The notes under the pieces are model-generated. The model was not told the origin of the DNA. It did not search any database and saw only the letters and a program-made list of their open reading frames with translations. From Ascidiella aspersa (lineage: Eukaryota), in contig OZ004612.1 in the NCBI GenBank assembly GCA_963924565.1, positions 2,232,001 through 2,296,000 on the forward strand: 64,000 nt of DNA, read 5' to 3'. A program made the translations under genes and the position numbers. This document shows positions 11,611 through 26,039 of the stretch, piece after piece (position 1 is the stretch's first letter; every line of letters begins with the position of its first letter).

Positions 11611-14600
11611 TCAATGATTAAAAATAAGCTCGGCAAATTGTATCATTTTGTTGCATTCTTTAATTGCCCCACTGGCCGAAGGATGGTCGATTTGTCTCCA
11701 CAACTTGATTGCTGTTTTCGAACTCTGCATTGCTTTGTCAGGTAGCTTCATCTGCAAATAACATCCACTGATTCTCAAGTGACAATCTGCAAAACACATT
11801 GCTACTTCTTGATCGGGTTTCGACGTCGAATGAAGTTTGATTCCTTGTTCGAAGCATTTCACTGCTTTTTCACACTTGTTAAGTTGTTGATACGAACAAC
11901 CGACATAATAAAACAAAACAAATTGATCTTCTAATGGAACTAGTTTTATATATTTTTGCCATTTTTTAAAACAAAAAACAACTTGCTCAGGTTTGTTAAA
12001 TTCAAAGCTGCATCCAATGAGTTGCCTATAACATTTTCCAATCATAACATCTCTCACTACAGTTTGATGAAAACCTACAAGCATTCCAAGGAAAGTTTCC
12101 AGTGTATTATAAGCTTCATCGTATCGATTAAGTTTGTAGAGACAAACTCCAGCGTTTAATTGCGCATTTGCAACTAACATCATGAAGTCATGTCCCGGAT
12201 GTCCATCACATATGGAGATTACTTCTTTAAAATTATCTAACTTTAATTTGTTGTTATCATTATTCATTGCAATACACATATACATATCAGCTCTGACAAG
12301 AACTTTGCGTCGCTGAAAATGTTTACTTGAGGGGTAGAGCTCATAAGCTTCCTTGTACTAATCACTTGCAAGTAGAAAGTTTTTCTTTATTCGGTGGATT
12401 TTAGCCCAGAGCCGTTTACATTCAGCAGAGAGATAATATTTGTTGTTTGGAATATACTGTTTACTCTTTGAAATATTTTCCGCCATTTTAATTGCCTTTT
12501 CAGCTTCTGTACAGTTTTCCATAGCGATGTAAGTTTCACCAAGTTCTACCAACGCAACTGCTGTGTCGTGATCTGAAGTTTCATCGAAAGCCTTTTCACG
12601 ACATTGAAGTAGATATTTCTTGCCATATTCAATGCTTTCTTTATATTTACCAATTCCATTATAGTATCGTGAAACATGTTGTTGTGCACCTTCTGAAACA
12701 TTGTCATTAAGTACAAGGTTAAGCATGTTACCAGCCTTGTCAAATAAACCTCCATAAACATACACTCCGAACAAATAACGTTGGACTTTTTGCCTAACCA
12801 TATCTGTGCTGTCTGAATGCAAAGCTTTTTGGTAACAATTAATTGCATTCAAGTTCAATTCAAGCTTATCGTAACAACGTCCCATGTCACATAAAATTGC
12901 AGCCCGCATTGGATCATTTTCTTCCATAAAATCTAAAGCATGTTGAAAGCAAATTAAGGTGGTTTTATGCTGATTGAGTTGATTGTAACAAAAGCCTTCC
13001 ACATACGTTATGTTTGCTTTTGCTTTTTTTGACTGAAATATATTTTTACTTTTGCATTTTTTTATGATCTTAATTGCTTCGTTATACAAACGTAAAGACA
13101 TAAGTGAAAATATTCCACGAATCCAAGTTGATTTTTTTGCTTCAGACTGCTTGTTGGTGAACGTTTGCAATGTGGAAGCTAAAGAGAAAAATTCAACAAT
13201 TCTTGACTTTCCGAAAACTTCCAGCAACAAATCATGAAAAGGTTCGAATCTTTTGTCAAGATAATCGCACTGGCTGGAGTATTTGAAGTAAACCCGCAAC
13301 CTTACTTCACAGGCGAAAGTAAGTGCGAACATAAAATCATCCGATTGTTGCTGTGATATTCGACTTGGAGTCAATTCCCGCAGAATGTCGAAAGAGGACG
13401 ACGATTTGCAATTATATCGTCTACCAAGTGCTGCTATAAACAAAGTGACGCTTCGAAATACGACGCTTTTGATGTTTACTGAATTTCCAATATACATCAA
13501 AGTCAAGCATTCATCTATGTTAAATTTGTCAGTATCCTCCTTTAGTTGTTTTTCTAAATTCTTATCGAAACGAGGTTGTTGTAAGATGTCTATTGTTTTC
13601 TTTTTCATTTGATCGTAGATTGCATCATCGCCACAAACAAAGCATATTTTAATTAAAATATCGCCCAAGTGGTAACCGTTTTGAAGGTCAATATCCCGTC
13701 CAAGATATTCAAGCATTTCAGAAACAGGTTTGATCAGCTCAGTATCCCAGGGTTTGTTCTTTGTTGCTGACCTACCAAGTGGGAACTTGCAAGCAAAAGT
13801 TACCATTCCATCAAACGAAATGCCACGAGGTGTGTGCGCATCAAAGAACCAACCTTTACCATTATTTTCCTCGGGATCATTAATGAAAGGCAACGAAACG
13901 TGAGGTATTAGGGTTTCACCAAAGTTTACAACCACAACTTGAAACATCACAGACACCCAACGGAAATATTCCAGTATATCTTCATAATCTGAACGATTTT
14001 GAACACCTTCTTCCAACAAATAGATGTGCTCGAAATCTGAATAAGGAGTGATTTCATTTCTAGCAAGTGATCCTATTCCAACCAAAGCATATTTACAAGG
14101 AGCTGGATCTGTAGCTTCCACACAAAACTCCATTATATCTGCCATGAGCCACTTGTATTTTTCTGTGATGATTTTTTGTAAACTTTCTATCAGACTAGCT
14201 CTACGTTGATCGGTTTCTGCAAGTGAAATTGCTTTTAACGCAATATCCTTTATCCAACACCGAAAGTCTTTCACTTTAGTGACAGATGCTTCAACCAGTT
14301 GCTTCAAACTGTCCACATTGGTGTCATGGCTGCCAGAAAGTTGAAGAACACGCGAACAAAGTTTATCGAGATCTTTCTCAACTTCAGCAACGTTGTCAGG
14401 TTTCCTCACAACAGCTGCATTTAACAACACGGCGCTGCGAATGAGAGATATTTTCTTGTCTCTACCGTCGGGTAATTCATCAGCTATTTCGTGATATGCC
14501 CGGCCGAGTTGATGGATAACTTTGGCGGATTGTTTTACATCACGTTCCTTTTCGTTTGCGTAACATAATGACTTCAATTCCTTTGCAAGTTCAAAAGTTT

Positions 14601-14643
14601 TGGCTTTGTAAATGCTAGCTTTATTATCTGAGCACCCTTGCAT
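11611..14643 (-). pseudogene. NTase-TPR family copy 2; full length (~1010 codons) but with one in-frame TAG at 12360-12358 (could give a 761-aa truncated protein)
   Basis: ORFs 12358..14643 and 11611..12285 are in the same frame; LASD*YKEAYELYP aligns with RASELYKEAYELYP in paralogs (TTG>TAG). Confidence 0.85.
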
Positions 14644-15102
14644 GTTACAACTGATTGTAAATTTCTAAAAAAACAAGTAAAGTTGTAAAATGCAAGTTAA
14701 TCTTTTGTTATTTACCGATTAAATGCACTTCAGATCTAAAAAGTATGACTTCTAAATTATAAGCAACCAAAGTACTACTGACTGTGCTTTAGCCTACATT
14801 GTAACTACAGCACTACGTTTGGCCTAAAATAGAAATACTGGTAGGCTGGTTATGGCGCGACAAAAAACAATTGTTACAGATGAATACATCTAAAGGCTGA
14901 GCTATTGTTTGTGAAAATCGAGCACCGAGCGAACATAATTCCAATGGTTTTTATTTCAAACTAGAACTAAGACTAATAAATGCCAGATATCAAATGAAAT
15001 AAAAACATATATCAATGGAATGCTGGTCTTTATGCGACAACCAAGATTATTCGCGCGAATCCGGCAACGACATGAGCTATATTTTCTTTTGTAGCCTCAT
15101 TT

Positions 15103-15267
15103 ATCAGCTATTTCGTGATATGCCCGGCCGAGTTGATGGATAACTTTGGCGGATTGTTTTACATCACGTTCCTTTCCATTGTTGCAAAACATAATGACTT
15201 TAATTCCTTTGCAAGTTCAAGTTTTGATTTTGTAAATAGTAGCCTTATTACATAAGCAGCCTTGCAT
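15103..15267 (-). pseudogene. Relic of an MQGC-type 5' end of the NTase-TPR gene
   Basis: Near-identical DNA to ~14480-14643, frameshifted and truncated after the HEIAD-encoding segment. Confidence 0.8.
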
Positions 15268-15499
15268 ATTTTAACTGATATTAAATTTCAAATAGTGAAT
15301 TGCTTTGATAAAAGTCTAAATAAAAATCAATTTGTGTTATCTGCACTTCTGTTTTAAACAATTAACTTTAATATGGCTTTTGAACTACAAGCAACCAAGT
15401 ACTACTGACTGTAATTCAGCATACATTGTAACTGTGTCGATTTTTGTGCGTTGACAATAAAGCGACCGTGACGAGTTATTCGACGATTCCTGAAACCGG

Positions 15500-15706
15500 A
15501 CTAAAATATTGGACGCCCACAAATGAGAATGGCGGAAGGTTGGGCGTGATGCGCTCACGCGGTAAGTCGGCCATCTTCTCTTGTCCGCTGGCCGCATTTC
15601 GTCGGCGGCAGAAAATGCATTTTCCAAGCACTCGTCGTACAGCGACTCCTCCGCGAACGACCCAATATCTTTGGCGCAGCAAGTTCCATGTTAGTTGTAA
15701 TCTCAC
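15500..15706 (-). mobile_element. BEL/Pao LTR-retrotransposon integrase fragment (zinc-binding region)
   Basis: LRQRYWVV...VRRVLGKCIFCRRR...QEKMADLPRERITP..PPFSFVG matches the BEL/Pao integrase N-terminal pattern as I know it. Confidence 0.8.
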
Positions 15707-15943
15707 CTTAAAAAGTAAACGAGTTCAGCAACTAATTTGTCTGAATATGCCGCACACAGATTACTTGCATCAAATGCAATTAAAGTATATCCAAGGGCAC
15801 AACAAAACATGGTAAAATTCATGCAATGCTAACTAATTTTTAAATGGTTAGCTGCAATATAAACAAGTGATTAAAATAATGTGATTCATGCAATAAAAAA
15901 GTTTCCAGCCCAAAGTGTTGAGATACAGTAAAGTCTTCTAAAT

Positions 15944-16398
15944 CAGGGTTTCCCAAACTTTTTTGGGCGACGGACCACTATTTGTGAATCTGTTTTTTTG
16001 CGGACCGCAATGCAAAGCAACCGAATTTTATTTATTTACAAAACTGACAACATCAGTGGGGGCGGTTCGTTTCTTATCTCTTCGTTTTACTAACTTTAGT
16101 GTTGGCAAACGGTTGGAATGATCTCAACAAAGCCGCAAATTCCGAATGGCGATAAGAATATATTATTACGTCTTAGACGAGGAATACGAGAATTTTTCGT
16201 AGTTAACTTTTTGACTACAACGAAGGCACAACAAGTAAGATTTACGATACTGGATGGCAAAAGCTTTCGAAATTATTATGTTGTGTAGTTTATCTTTGAA
16301 ACGGTAAATACTGTACAACGTATATGTGTGACTTTTGAATTTCTTGTCATATAGCCACGGACCACCTGTGCAGTCGTCGCACAGTTTGGGAAACTCTG
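15944..16398. mobile_element. 455-bp hAT (Charlie-like) MITE
   Basis: TIRs CAGGGTTTCCCAAACT / AGTTTGGGAAACTCTG; 8-bp TSD TTCTAAAT/GTCTAAAT; empty paralogous sites at ~26480 and ~54560. Confidence 0.85.
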
Positions 16399-18008
16399 GT
16401 CTAAATCAACCTTTTTCAAATAATCGTATATCACAATATTGTGAAACAAACCAAACGTTTTTATATTATATTCAGGACCAAAAAACAAACATTACACGGG
16501 AACCAGATAGAAACTAAATTAAATCAAGGGTCTTTCACACAAGCCCGCCGACACATTTTGTGAGGTTGCAACGCACTTTGAAGTAGAAATAATCTCTAAC
16601 TGTTTCATTATTTCAAGTCTTTCAATTTTCTTCGGCCCAAAGCAAATATATTAAGCCATGGATTTAAATCTGATGCAGCGCTATTTTCTTTACTGTGTTT
16701 TCTTGCTTAATGACATTTTATGATGTCTAACGGACTATCCGTGTATGATTATCCAAGGCCTGTGTGCCACATGTGCAGAGCAAAGTAAATATATGCGGCC
16801 CGCCGAACATTGTTTACGGTAATTTTGCTTTAATATTTTATATTTTATTCAAAATTTGTTAGTATTCCACCTTTATACAAAAAATACAACATATAATAAA
16901 AACAGGGCGTAATAAATGGAGGGCTATGGTCATGCTATGGCCCCGTAAAGAATACATTTTTTTCAACTTATCTATTCAAACTTTTTAATTTCTAATAAAA
17001 CCAATAAGTTTCTCGCGTTTTACTTCAGCACTGGTTTCGATTTATTGCACGAAACGGGAATAATATAATTTACTAAACAGCCTTCTATCATTGTCCACGC
17101 GATCAAGAAATTAATCGTTTTATATTAGTTTGGTTTACGGGATTAACATAATTCTTTGTTTACATTTTTTGTTATTTAGGGTATTATTTGACAGAGTAAA
17201 GAATCTAAAACCCTTTCGTCAAAAAACGCTGCTTTGAAAGCAAACCTTAGATACAACAATAATAATTATGTCGACCTACTATCTGACGGTATAGTTTATA
17301 TACAAACTGGTATCGGGTATCGGTTCCATCCGATATTATCGGACATAGGTATTTCCATAAACAAATTCACAGTGAAACTTTAGACATTATAAAAAACGAG
17401 TATTAGCAACACATTTATTTAAATATGCAAAACACAGATGCAAAGAAAAAGTACAACAGCATTAAAAGTATATCCAAGTGCATAACAAAACTTGATAAAA
17501 TGCATGCAATGCTAACGAGTAGAAGTTTAAATGGCGAACTAGATCAACAAGTGGTTGAAATAAAGTGATCTATACAATAATAAATCAACATTATAGCTAA
17601 CAGTGTTTAGAAAAACACCATGGTGTATCCAAGTATTTAAACAATGTTATTGATGCCAACAAAAAATGCATACAAATTTGCAATTGATTGAAACAGTTAT
17701 AAACAAAGATAGATAAAAGTAAATTAAAGGTTAAATTAAACGTACAAAATGCAGAAATTTTAGCAATCTTTTAAATAAACTAAGTTCAACTTTAAAAATA
17801 CGTGCGACAATTAATCTTGCAGGTTTTTGTAAAATCAAAGGTGCCACTTCCACCGCTCGATGTCTCCCTTGAGCTCCATTATTCACCGCAAATAAATCTC
17901 AACTCAACAAGCTTTAATGCTCTTAAGCCACTCCCATAGAACCACTGTCAGTAGATAACTAACTAGCCTATTACTTATAAACATTAATTAGCTTGGACAT
18001 CCCGTTTG

Positions 18009-18139
18009 CTGATTGGTGAATAATAATCACGTGATGGAAGAATGTACATTGCTTTTCATGGCGCAATTTTGTGTTTCTCTTTTTAAATTAATTAAACAAA
18101 CAGCCGCGTTAAGCAAAGAAACCCCAGAGTGTGACGTCA
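18009..18139. promoter_or_regulatory. Candidate promoter module: CCAAT box, 11 nt, E-box, then CRE
   Basis: CTGATTGG-N11-CACGTG at 18009-18033 and TGACGTCA at 18132-18139; repeated at 31681 and 56045. Confidence 0.45.
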
Positions 18140-20508
18140 AATGCAAATAACCTAACGAAAACAACACATTTAGTTATTTTGTTAAACTAGGAAGGAGAGG
18201 TGTTACTTATGATACAAAAGCTACAACGATGTTATCAATTCGCGCAAAGCACAAAACGCCTTTATATCGTTAAGTTGCCAGAATTTTTATTTTCGGTGGA
18301 CCACTGGTTGGTAAGCACTGCATTAAATCGTTAAGGTTGCCCAGCTGTTAATTTTACATGTTGCGATAAAACACACCACGCCTATGGAATAAACCATTTA
18401 ATAAAAGTTTGCCAAGACAACTAGAAACAAAAATAGGATTCGTGCCGAGCGCGAAACATTTGCCATTTATACAGTAATTGTCGGCCAAGGGTGTAGTTAT
18501 TTGGGGGCATTGTCACGTGCCCCTGGAGCCGTCCCCGGTGCTAAATAGTTTACTGGTAAGGTTTCGAATATCTGGCATTAGGAATACTCTTTAGCATTAG
18601 TGATTCGTTGTGTGCCTTTTTCTTCACTCGCCTAGTGTTTTTTGTTGGTTTTTTAAAGGTTTTCTTCGATTTTAAGACTTGTTTGTTGTGCTTTGCGCCA
18701 TAGTGAAATATAACCTGGTTGTATCAAAAAAACGTCCAATTCGACCAACTATCAATCTAGCTGTTTTCGGTTAGAAGATGTTTTACCAGAAATGGTGTTG
18801 CTTTTAATATTTTGCATTTTTATCTTTTCCCAGAGTTTGTTTGTTAACTAACGCCAGCATGAACGTAAAACCGTTGCAATTTGAATATTCTACAATCATT
18901 AAATTTCCTTTCGTGCGTCTTGAAAACGTCTCTGCTTGCAAAAACTAAAACATGCTTTTATGTTCTTAACATAAGCCGTAAAAAACATATTGTCTTTTTC
19001 TTTGTCTGGTGATATCATTTGCTTGAATTTTAAATAATATAATCTATTGAAACTCCACCTCATTTTGTAAATTATTATTCAGAGATAAAGAAACGATTAG
19101 CTGCATTTAAATGGAAATTCTTTCTATTCTGTAGCCTTATAAAATAGCAAGTTTTTCGCATTTATACTAGTTAAACTGTTCTAAACCCATTTTATGTTTC
19201 AGCAAAAAACTAAGAACATTAAATTCAAAAACAACATAGTTTTACGTCGAAATTGCTTTACTTTTAGAAAAAGCTTAAAAATAAAATGTTATGTTATTAA
19301 GGTTCAAAGAATATAATTCGAATTATTCGGCGAAAGAAATTGAGTTGATGGTTTTATAATGTTGTTCAGCTATCAAACTGATGCAGATTTACTTATGGCT
19401 TGCTTACCAGTTAAAAATATTGTAATTTATTAAACGCTCTGCACATTTGTCGGGATTAACTTACGGCAAGAATGGCATGTGGTTGCAGCAATTGCAAAAA
19501 TCAACTTGATTAAAGAAATATCAATTAAGAAAAGGGACATTTTAGTTAAAAATATTATGATTTGTAGCGATTTCTCCATTTTAGTTTAATTTACTGTTTT
19601 AAATTAGTCTGTCGGCGGTTTCTGTGTTTTAAAGTTTACATAGAAATCAGCAAGTCACAAATATTTATCTTAAAAAGTCAACAGAAATCCGTTTATAAGA
19701 GTTTTAATCGTTGTTAGTTTATGGCTTTGCCAGTTTTTGCGGACTCTTTCAACGTATAAATAAACCAGTATACAACCGGTCCCTAAACTTTTTTTGCCAA
19801 AATAAAACAGATTTAATTATAATGTTGAATTTTGTTTAAATTGGTCAAGAAATGATTTTAGCCCGAATTTTGTGCGACGACCTTTAAACTGGCATTTTAT
19901 CATTTTTGTTTTGCTTTAAGTGCGTTCGGAGAACTGCGAATTTACTTGGCCAGGTTACTTGACAAAAGTTTCGGCAGTTTTGTCGTTTTAATTTGATAAT
20001 TTGCTCAGTTGTAGAAAGCGTTAGGTATCAATGCCGAGCGCTGCGCTGTATTGTGACGCGTGTTGCTAAATAACGACTTTAGTTCTACAGAGTGAGGTTC
20101 TCGATATGGGCGAAAACTCTGGTTCGCTTGATAATTTGATATTTAACTTGTATCCGGGAATGTGTGCGACTGCGCTACCAATTGAATTTAACAAAGTGAA
20201 AAATAAAGAATGTTTAATTTGTTTCGATTTTAATTGAATGACATATTTTTAAGAACAAAACACAGATATATATTTTCTTAACTTGATATATAACATCCTA
20301 AAATCATATTGACGCTGTGAATAATCGTTAAAAGGCATGGGGGATCAAAATTCAAATACGCGACACTTGTGACAAACAATAAACAGAAATACTTCAGCTA
20401 ATTGGCATTAGGTTGAGCAAATGCGTAATCATATACATGATTACCTCATGGGATGATTAATTCATATGATTACCTCATTATTCAAAAGAGCTCAATATAG
20501 AAGGAAGT

Positions 20509-23500
20509 TTATTTTTTTATGATTGAAAACTCGGCCATTTTTATAGTACCGTAGCACTGGTTAATTGCATCACTCGCCTTAGGATGGTCAGTTTTTCTCC
20601 ACAACTTGATTGCTGTTTTCGAACTCTGCATTGCTTTGTCATATAACTTCATCTGCAAATAACATTCACCAATTCGCTTGTGACAATCTGCAACAAACAT
20701 CGCTACTTCTTTATGGGGATCCGACGTCGAATGAAGTTCGATTTCTTGTTCAAAGCATTTGACCGCATTTTTAAACTGGGCAAGTTTCTGATGCGAACAA
20801 CCACCATAATACGGCAAATATGTTTTAGTGAAAAGTTGTTTTATATATTCTTTCCCTTTTTCGAAATATTCAACAACCGGCTCATGTTTGTTCAGTATAA
20901 AGCTACAACTAATGAGCTCCCTATAACATCTTCCAATCATGCCATCTCTCTCCACAGTTTTATGAAAACCTAAAAACATTCCCAGTGACGTTTTCAGTGG
21001 TTTATAAGCTTCGTCATATCTTTTAAGTTGATTGAGACAAAATCCAGCGTTATATTGCGCATTTGCAACTAACCGCATAAAGTTATGTCCCTGATGTCCA
21101 TCACATGTGGAGATTACTTCTTCATGCTGATCTAACGCTAATTTGTAATCATCGTTATTACCTTTATGCATTCCAATACACCTAAATATTTCAGCTTTGA
21201 CACGAACTTTGCGTCGCTGAAATATTTTAGTTAAGGGGTAGAGCTCATAAGCTTCCTTCAACAATTCACTTGCTCGTAGAAAGTTTACCTTTTTTGCGTG
21301 AATTTCAGCCTGGATCGTTTTGCATTCGGCAGGGAGATGATATTTGTTCATTGGAACGTAATGTTTACTCTTAGAAATATTTTCCGCCATTATAACTGCC
21401 TCTTCAGCTTCTGTGTAGTTATTCATCTCGATGTAAGTTTGAGCAAGATTTAGCAACGCAATTGCTGTGTCGTGATCTGAAGTTTCATCGAAGGCCTTTT
21501 CACGACATTGAAGTAAATATTTCTCGCCGTATTCAATGCTTTCTTTGTATTTACCAATATAACAGTAATATCGAGCAATATATCGTTGTGCGTATTCCGA
21601 AACATTGTCGTTTAAAACAAGATCAATCATGTCACCGGCCTTCTCTAACCAACCTTCATACACGTACAACCCAAACAACTGGCTTTGTACTTTTCGTTTT
21701 TCCACATCTGTCCTGCTGGAATGCAAAGCTTTTTCGTAGTATGAAATCGCATCCAAGTTCATTCCAAGTTCATTGTAGCAACTTCCCATCATAAACAGCG
21801 TTTTAGCCCGCATTGGATCGTAGTCTTCCATGAGATCTAAGGAAAGTTGGAAACACTTTAAAGCGATTTCATGCAGATCAACTTTAAAGTGACAAAAGCC
21901 TTCGACATAGACCATTTCTGCTTTAGTTTCTTCAAACTCGAATATATTTTCGTTTATGCACTTTTGAATAACTTTAATTGCTTCGTTATACAAACGTAAA
22001 GACACAAGCGCAAATAAAACGCGAAACCAAATTGTCTCTTTTGATTCATATTGCTTGATGGTAAACATTTGCAAACTGGAAACTGAAGAGAAAAATTCAA
22101 CAATTTTTGATTTTCCAAATGCTTCAAGTAACAAATCATGAAAAGGTTCGAATCTTGCGTCAAGATAATCGCACTGGCGGGAGTATTTGAAGTAAACCCG
22201 CAACCTAACTTCACAGGCGAAAGCAAGTGCGAACATAAAATCATTTGATTGTTGCTGTGATATTTGTCTTGGGAGTCAATTCACGCAGAATATCGAAAGA
22301 AGACGACGATTTGCAATTATGTCGTCTACCAAGTGCTACTATAAACAAAGTGACGCTTCGAAATACGACGTTTTTGATGTTTACTGAGTTTTCAATACAC
22401 ATCAAATTCAAGCATTTAATAATGTTGAATTTGTCAGTATCCTCCTTAAGTTGGTTTTCTAGATTCTCATCAAAACGAGGTTGTTGTAAGATGTCAATTG
22501 TTTTTATCTTCATTTGATCGTAGATTGCATCATCGCCACAAACAAAGCATATTTTAGTTAAAATATCGCCCAAGTGGTAACCGTTTTTAAGGTCAATATC
22601 CCGTCCAAGATATCCAAGCATTTCAGAAACAGGTTTGATCAGCTCAGTATCCCAGGGTTTGTTTAATGTAGCTGACCTACCAAGTGGGAACTTGCAAGCA
22701 TGTGGCATCATTCCATCAAACGAAATGCCACGAGGTGTGTGCGCATCAAAGAACCAATCTTGGTCGATTTCCTGATCATTAAGGAAAGGCAAAACTACGC
22801 TTGGTATTATGGTTTCACCAAAGTTTACAACCACAACTTGAAACATCACAGACACCCAACGGAAATATTCAAGTATATCATCATAATCTGAACGATTTTG
22901 AACACCTTCTGCCAACAAATAGATGTGCTCGAAATCTGAATAAGGAGTGATTTCATTTCTAGCAAGTGATCCCATTCCAACCAAAGCATATTTACAAGGA
23001 GCTGGACCTGTAGCTTCCACACAAAACTCCATTATATCTGCCATGAGCCATTTGTATTTTTCTGTGATTATTTTTTGCAAACTCTCTATCAGGCTAGCTC
23101 TACGTTGATCGGTTTCTGCAAGTGAAATTGCTTTTAACGCAATATCCTTTATCCAACACCGAAAGTCTTTCACTTTAGTGACAGATGCTTCAACCAGTAG
23201 CTTCAAACTGTCCACACTGGTGTCATGGCTGCCAGAAAGTTGAAGAACACGCGAACAAAGCTCATCGAGATCTTTCTCAACCTCAGCAACGTTGTCAGGT
23301 TTCCTCACAACAGCTGCATTTAACAACACGGCGCTGCGAATGAGAGATATTTTCTTGTCTCTACCGTCGGGTAATTCATCAGCTATTTCGTGATATGCCC
23401 GGCCGAGTTGATGGATAACTTTGGCGGATTGTTTTACATCACGTTCCTTTCCGTTTGCGTAACACAATGACTTTAATTTCTTCGCAAGTTCAAAAGTTTT

Positions 23501-23542
23501 AGCTTTGTAAATACTAGCTTTATTATCTGAGCACCCTTCCAT
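20509..23542 (-). pseudogene. NTase-TPR family copy 3; split by a 1-bp insertion at ~22271-22273 (real frameshift or assembly error)
   Basis: CTTGGGAGTCAAT here vs CTTGGAGTCAAT in copies 2, 5 and 6; removing one base joins the 433-aa and 575-aa ORFs via ELTPRQISQQQSNDFMFALAF. Confidence 0.85.
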
Positions 23543-23819
23543 ATTTTTACTAATTGTAAAAAAATTCTAAAAGATCAATTGCTGTAATGAAAAAACAAAC
23601 AATCAGTCGTGTTATCTGCACTTTTGTTTTACATAACAAACTTTAACACGACTCCTGAACTATAAGCAATTAAGTTCTACTGGCTGTAATTCAGTCTACA
23701 TTGAAACTACAGCTCAACATTAAGCTTACACCAACACAAGTAGGCTGGTTGTGACGCAATATTGCCCGACTGTAGTGCAACAAAGGAAGTGTGGCGCTTT
23801 TTATGCTTTGACAACAAAA

Positions 23820-23900
23820 CGACCGTGACGAGTTATACGACGATTCCGAAAAGAAGCGCTTGACTTGGCTACGGCCTTGTTTAACCACGAGCGGAGCAAA
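23820..23900 (-). mobile_element. Short BEL/Pao integrase-derived fragment
   Basis: Encodes FAPLVVKQGRSQVKR, the continuation of the fragments at 50600 and 52090. Confidence 0.6.
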
Positions 23901-24393
23901 AATGGTAAACAAATAATTGTTGCGAAGTTAAGAGTTTTATGCTTAATTGACTTTTTGCATTTTTGCAAGCTGCTTATTTAGTCAATCTACTTAAAACACA
24001 ACTCAAAACATTGTTTGTTTTTTCATTGTATATATCGTTTTAAGAAAAAATAAAAAACAAATTATGATATTTTTTATCAATTTACAAAGACAAGGATGTA
24101 GATGTTGAACAGTCATGCAAATAAATATGATAAATTATACTACGCCATTCGATTAAATGCCGCTTCCACACAGGCCGAATCCTTATAAGGGAAGCATTTG
24201 GTTAAACCCATTCAGACACAATCGGCGGCAAACATGTTATTCTACCGAACGTGTAGCGCCAAGTAGTGCACCGGTTAGACATGGGTCTAAATGTTATGCC
24301 TTTATTGTTTAGCCTTCTCAAGAAGCAATTACGCTTTCCGTAACAAAACTTTTTGGTTGCATGGTAATTGTCATGTACATTTTATATCGGTTA

Positions 24394-25549
24394 CAGAGTT
24401 CCCGCTATTTTTTTACCATGTGCGCAGGTGCCCAACGATTTGCGCACAAGCCGTAAATAAGTGCGCAAAGTGCCCAAATTTTTCCACAAAATAGTGCCGA
24501 AATTGGATACACAGGTGACCCTTTTTTTGTCTTCACTATTTTTAGTCTGTTAATTTACCGAACTTGCAAGTCGGAACTTTCGTTTTTTTAGTTCTTTAAT
24601 ACAATCTGTAATTATTTTTTGTTGCTTTATCGGACGGATGCTTTCGTTGCAATGGAGGGGAGCAATATGCGCGGGAGAGCACGAGGGGCGACGCGATAAT
24701 CCTAATCAATTTCTCCCAGACATAAAAATGAGTCTCTTTATTTGGAGAATTGCGCTCGCTTGAGACGCGATTTCGCTTGGCAGTTTGTGTGGCGGACTTA
24801 GTCAAGCGTAGCGCTGTGTAACCGCCTAATGGTCGAGGTAATTATCGCGCGTAGTGCAGCGGTTTTAGCATTAAGCATTTTTAACTTTTACACGGGTTAC
24901 GCATTTTTTTCAAGTGATAACTTTAATTAGAAACAAATTTGGCCTTCGCGTCCTTTCTGTTCATATTGACATAAATTTAACCTACTCCTTTAGTTGATAC
25001 AACACGCAAGCTTTTTCGGGGTATATTGTAATTTGCACTGTACGCTGTTTTACCAAAAAAATAAGCTTAAAAGTTTTATCTTCGGAAAGTCCTAACCTTT
25101 TAAGAATTAAAAAACAGATTGAAAAGTTCTTTTTTGCAAAAAAAAGCATATCGCAGGTAACTGTAATAATTTTGTTTAAAAAAGTTTAAAGCTATTACGA
25201 CGCGAGGTTTTTCATATAAAGCAAGTAGGCTACTTTTTTTTGGTCGTGCGTATAGCTCAAATAAAATGAATTTGGGAACTTTTTTGTCCTACGTAGCTCG
25301 GATAAAACTAATTTGGACAGTTTTTCGAAACTTTCGTAAAGCAAAAATGGGGTACATAAGGTATAATACGTAATAATCTTTGCAAAATAGTGATAATGTG
25401 GGCTTAAGCAGACCACCGGAGGTCGAATTTAAGTAAAAAAACAACTTCTAATTTTTTTCTTTGGCTTGGGCACTGTTGTGAAAAAAAGTGCGCAAGTGCC
25501 CAAAATTTTGCGCAAATGCGGAAAAAATATGCGCTGATCGGGAACACTG
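24394..25549. mobile_element. 1156-bp non-autonomous hAT-type DNA transposon
   Basis: TIRs CAGAGTTCCCG / CGGGAACACTG; perfect 8-bp TSD ATCGGTTA (24386-24393, 25550-25557); subterminal TGCGCA/GTGCCCAA repeats; empty paralogous site at ~53240. Confidence 0.9.
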
Positions 25550-26039
25550 ATCGGTTATAACACGAAGCTAGCCAATTTACAAATTCAGGTTTACCGCGCT
25601 TATTGCGGTTGTAGTTAACTTACATCGTCGGGACACCACAGTCGTTCTTCACTATAGTAACGCCACAATTTCATATTTTATTTCATTCGGTAATCAAAAG
25701 CGCCAGAAATACAGGCTTAAAATAGGTCGGTCACGTTTAAAATGACTTTGTTTGCTGGTCAGTCATTTCTCCCAGACAAAAGCTTGTTCATGAGCGTTTT
25801 CCTTTTGAAAACTGAAACCATGAAAAGTAACAAAAAGTTAAATAAATAAAAGGACGAACTACCAAGCTTATAAAGCTTGTTTACCACATATTTCTACAGG
25901 ACGCTAAGCGATTCAACGCTAAAGTCCAGACACCACTGCCCGTTTATTATTACAATGTTTATGTTTGAACATAAAGTCCCTAGTCCTGTAACATTTTTGA
26001 AATGTATATACGTAAGTGAAATATTTTGTTATCCGAAGC

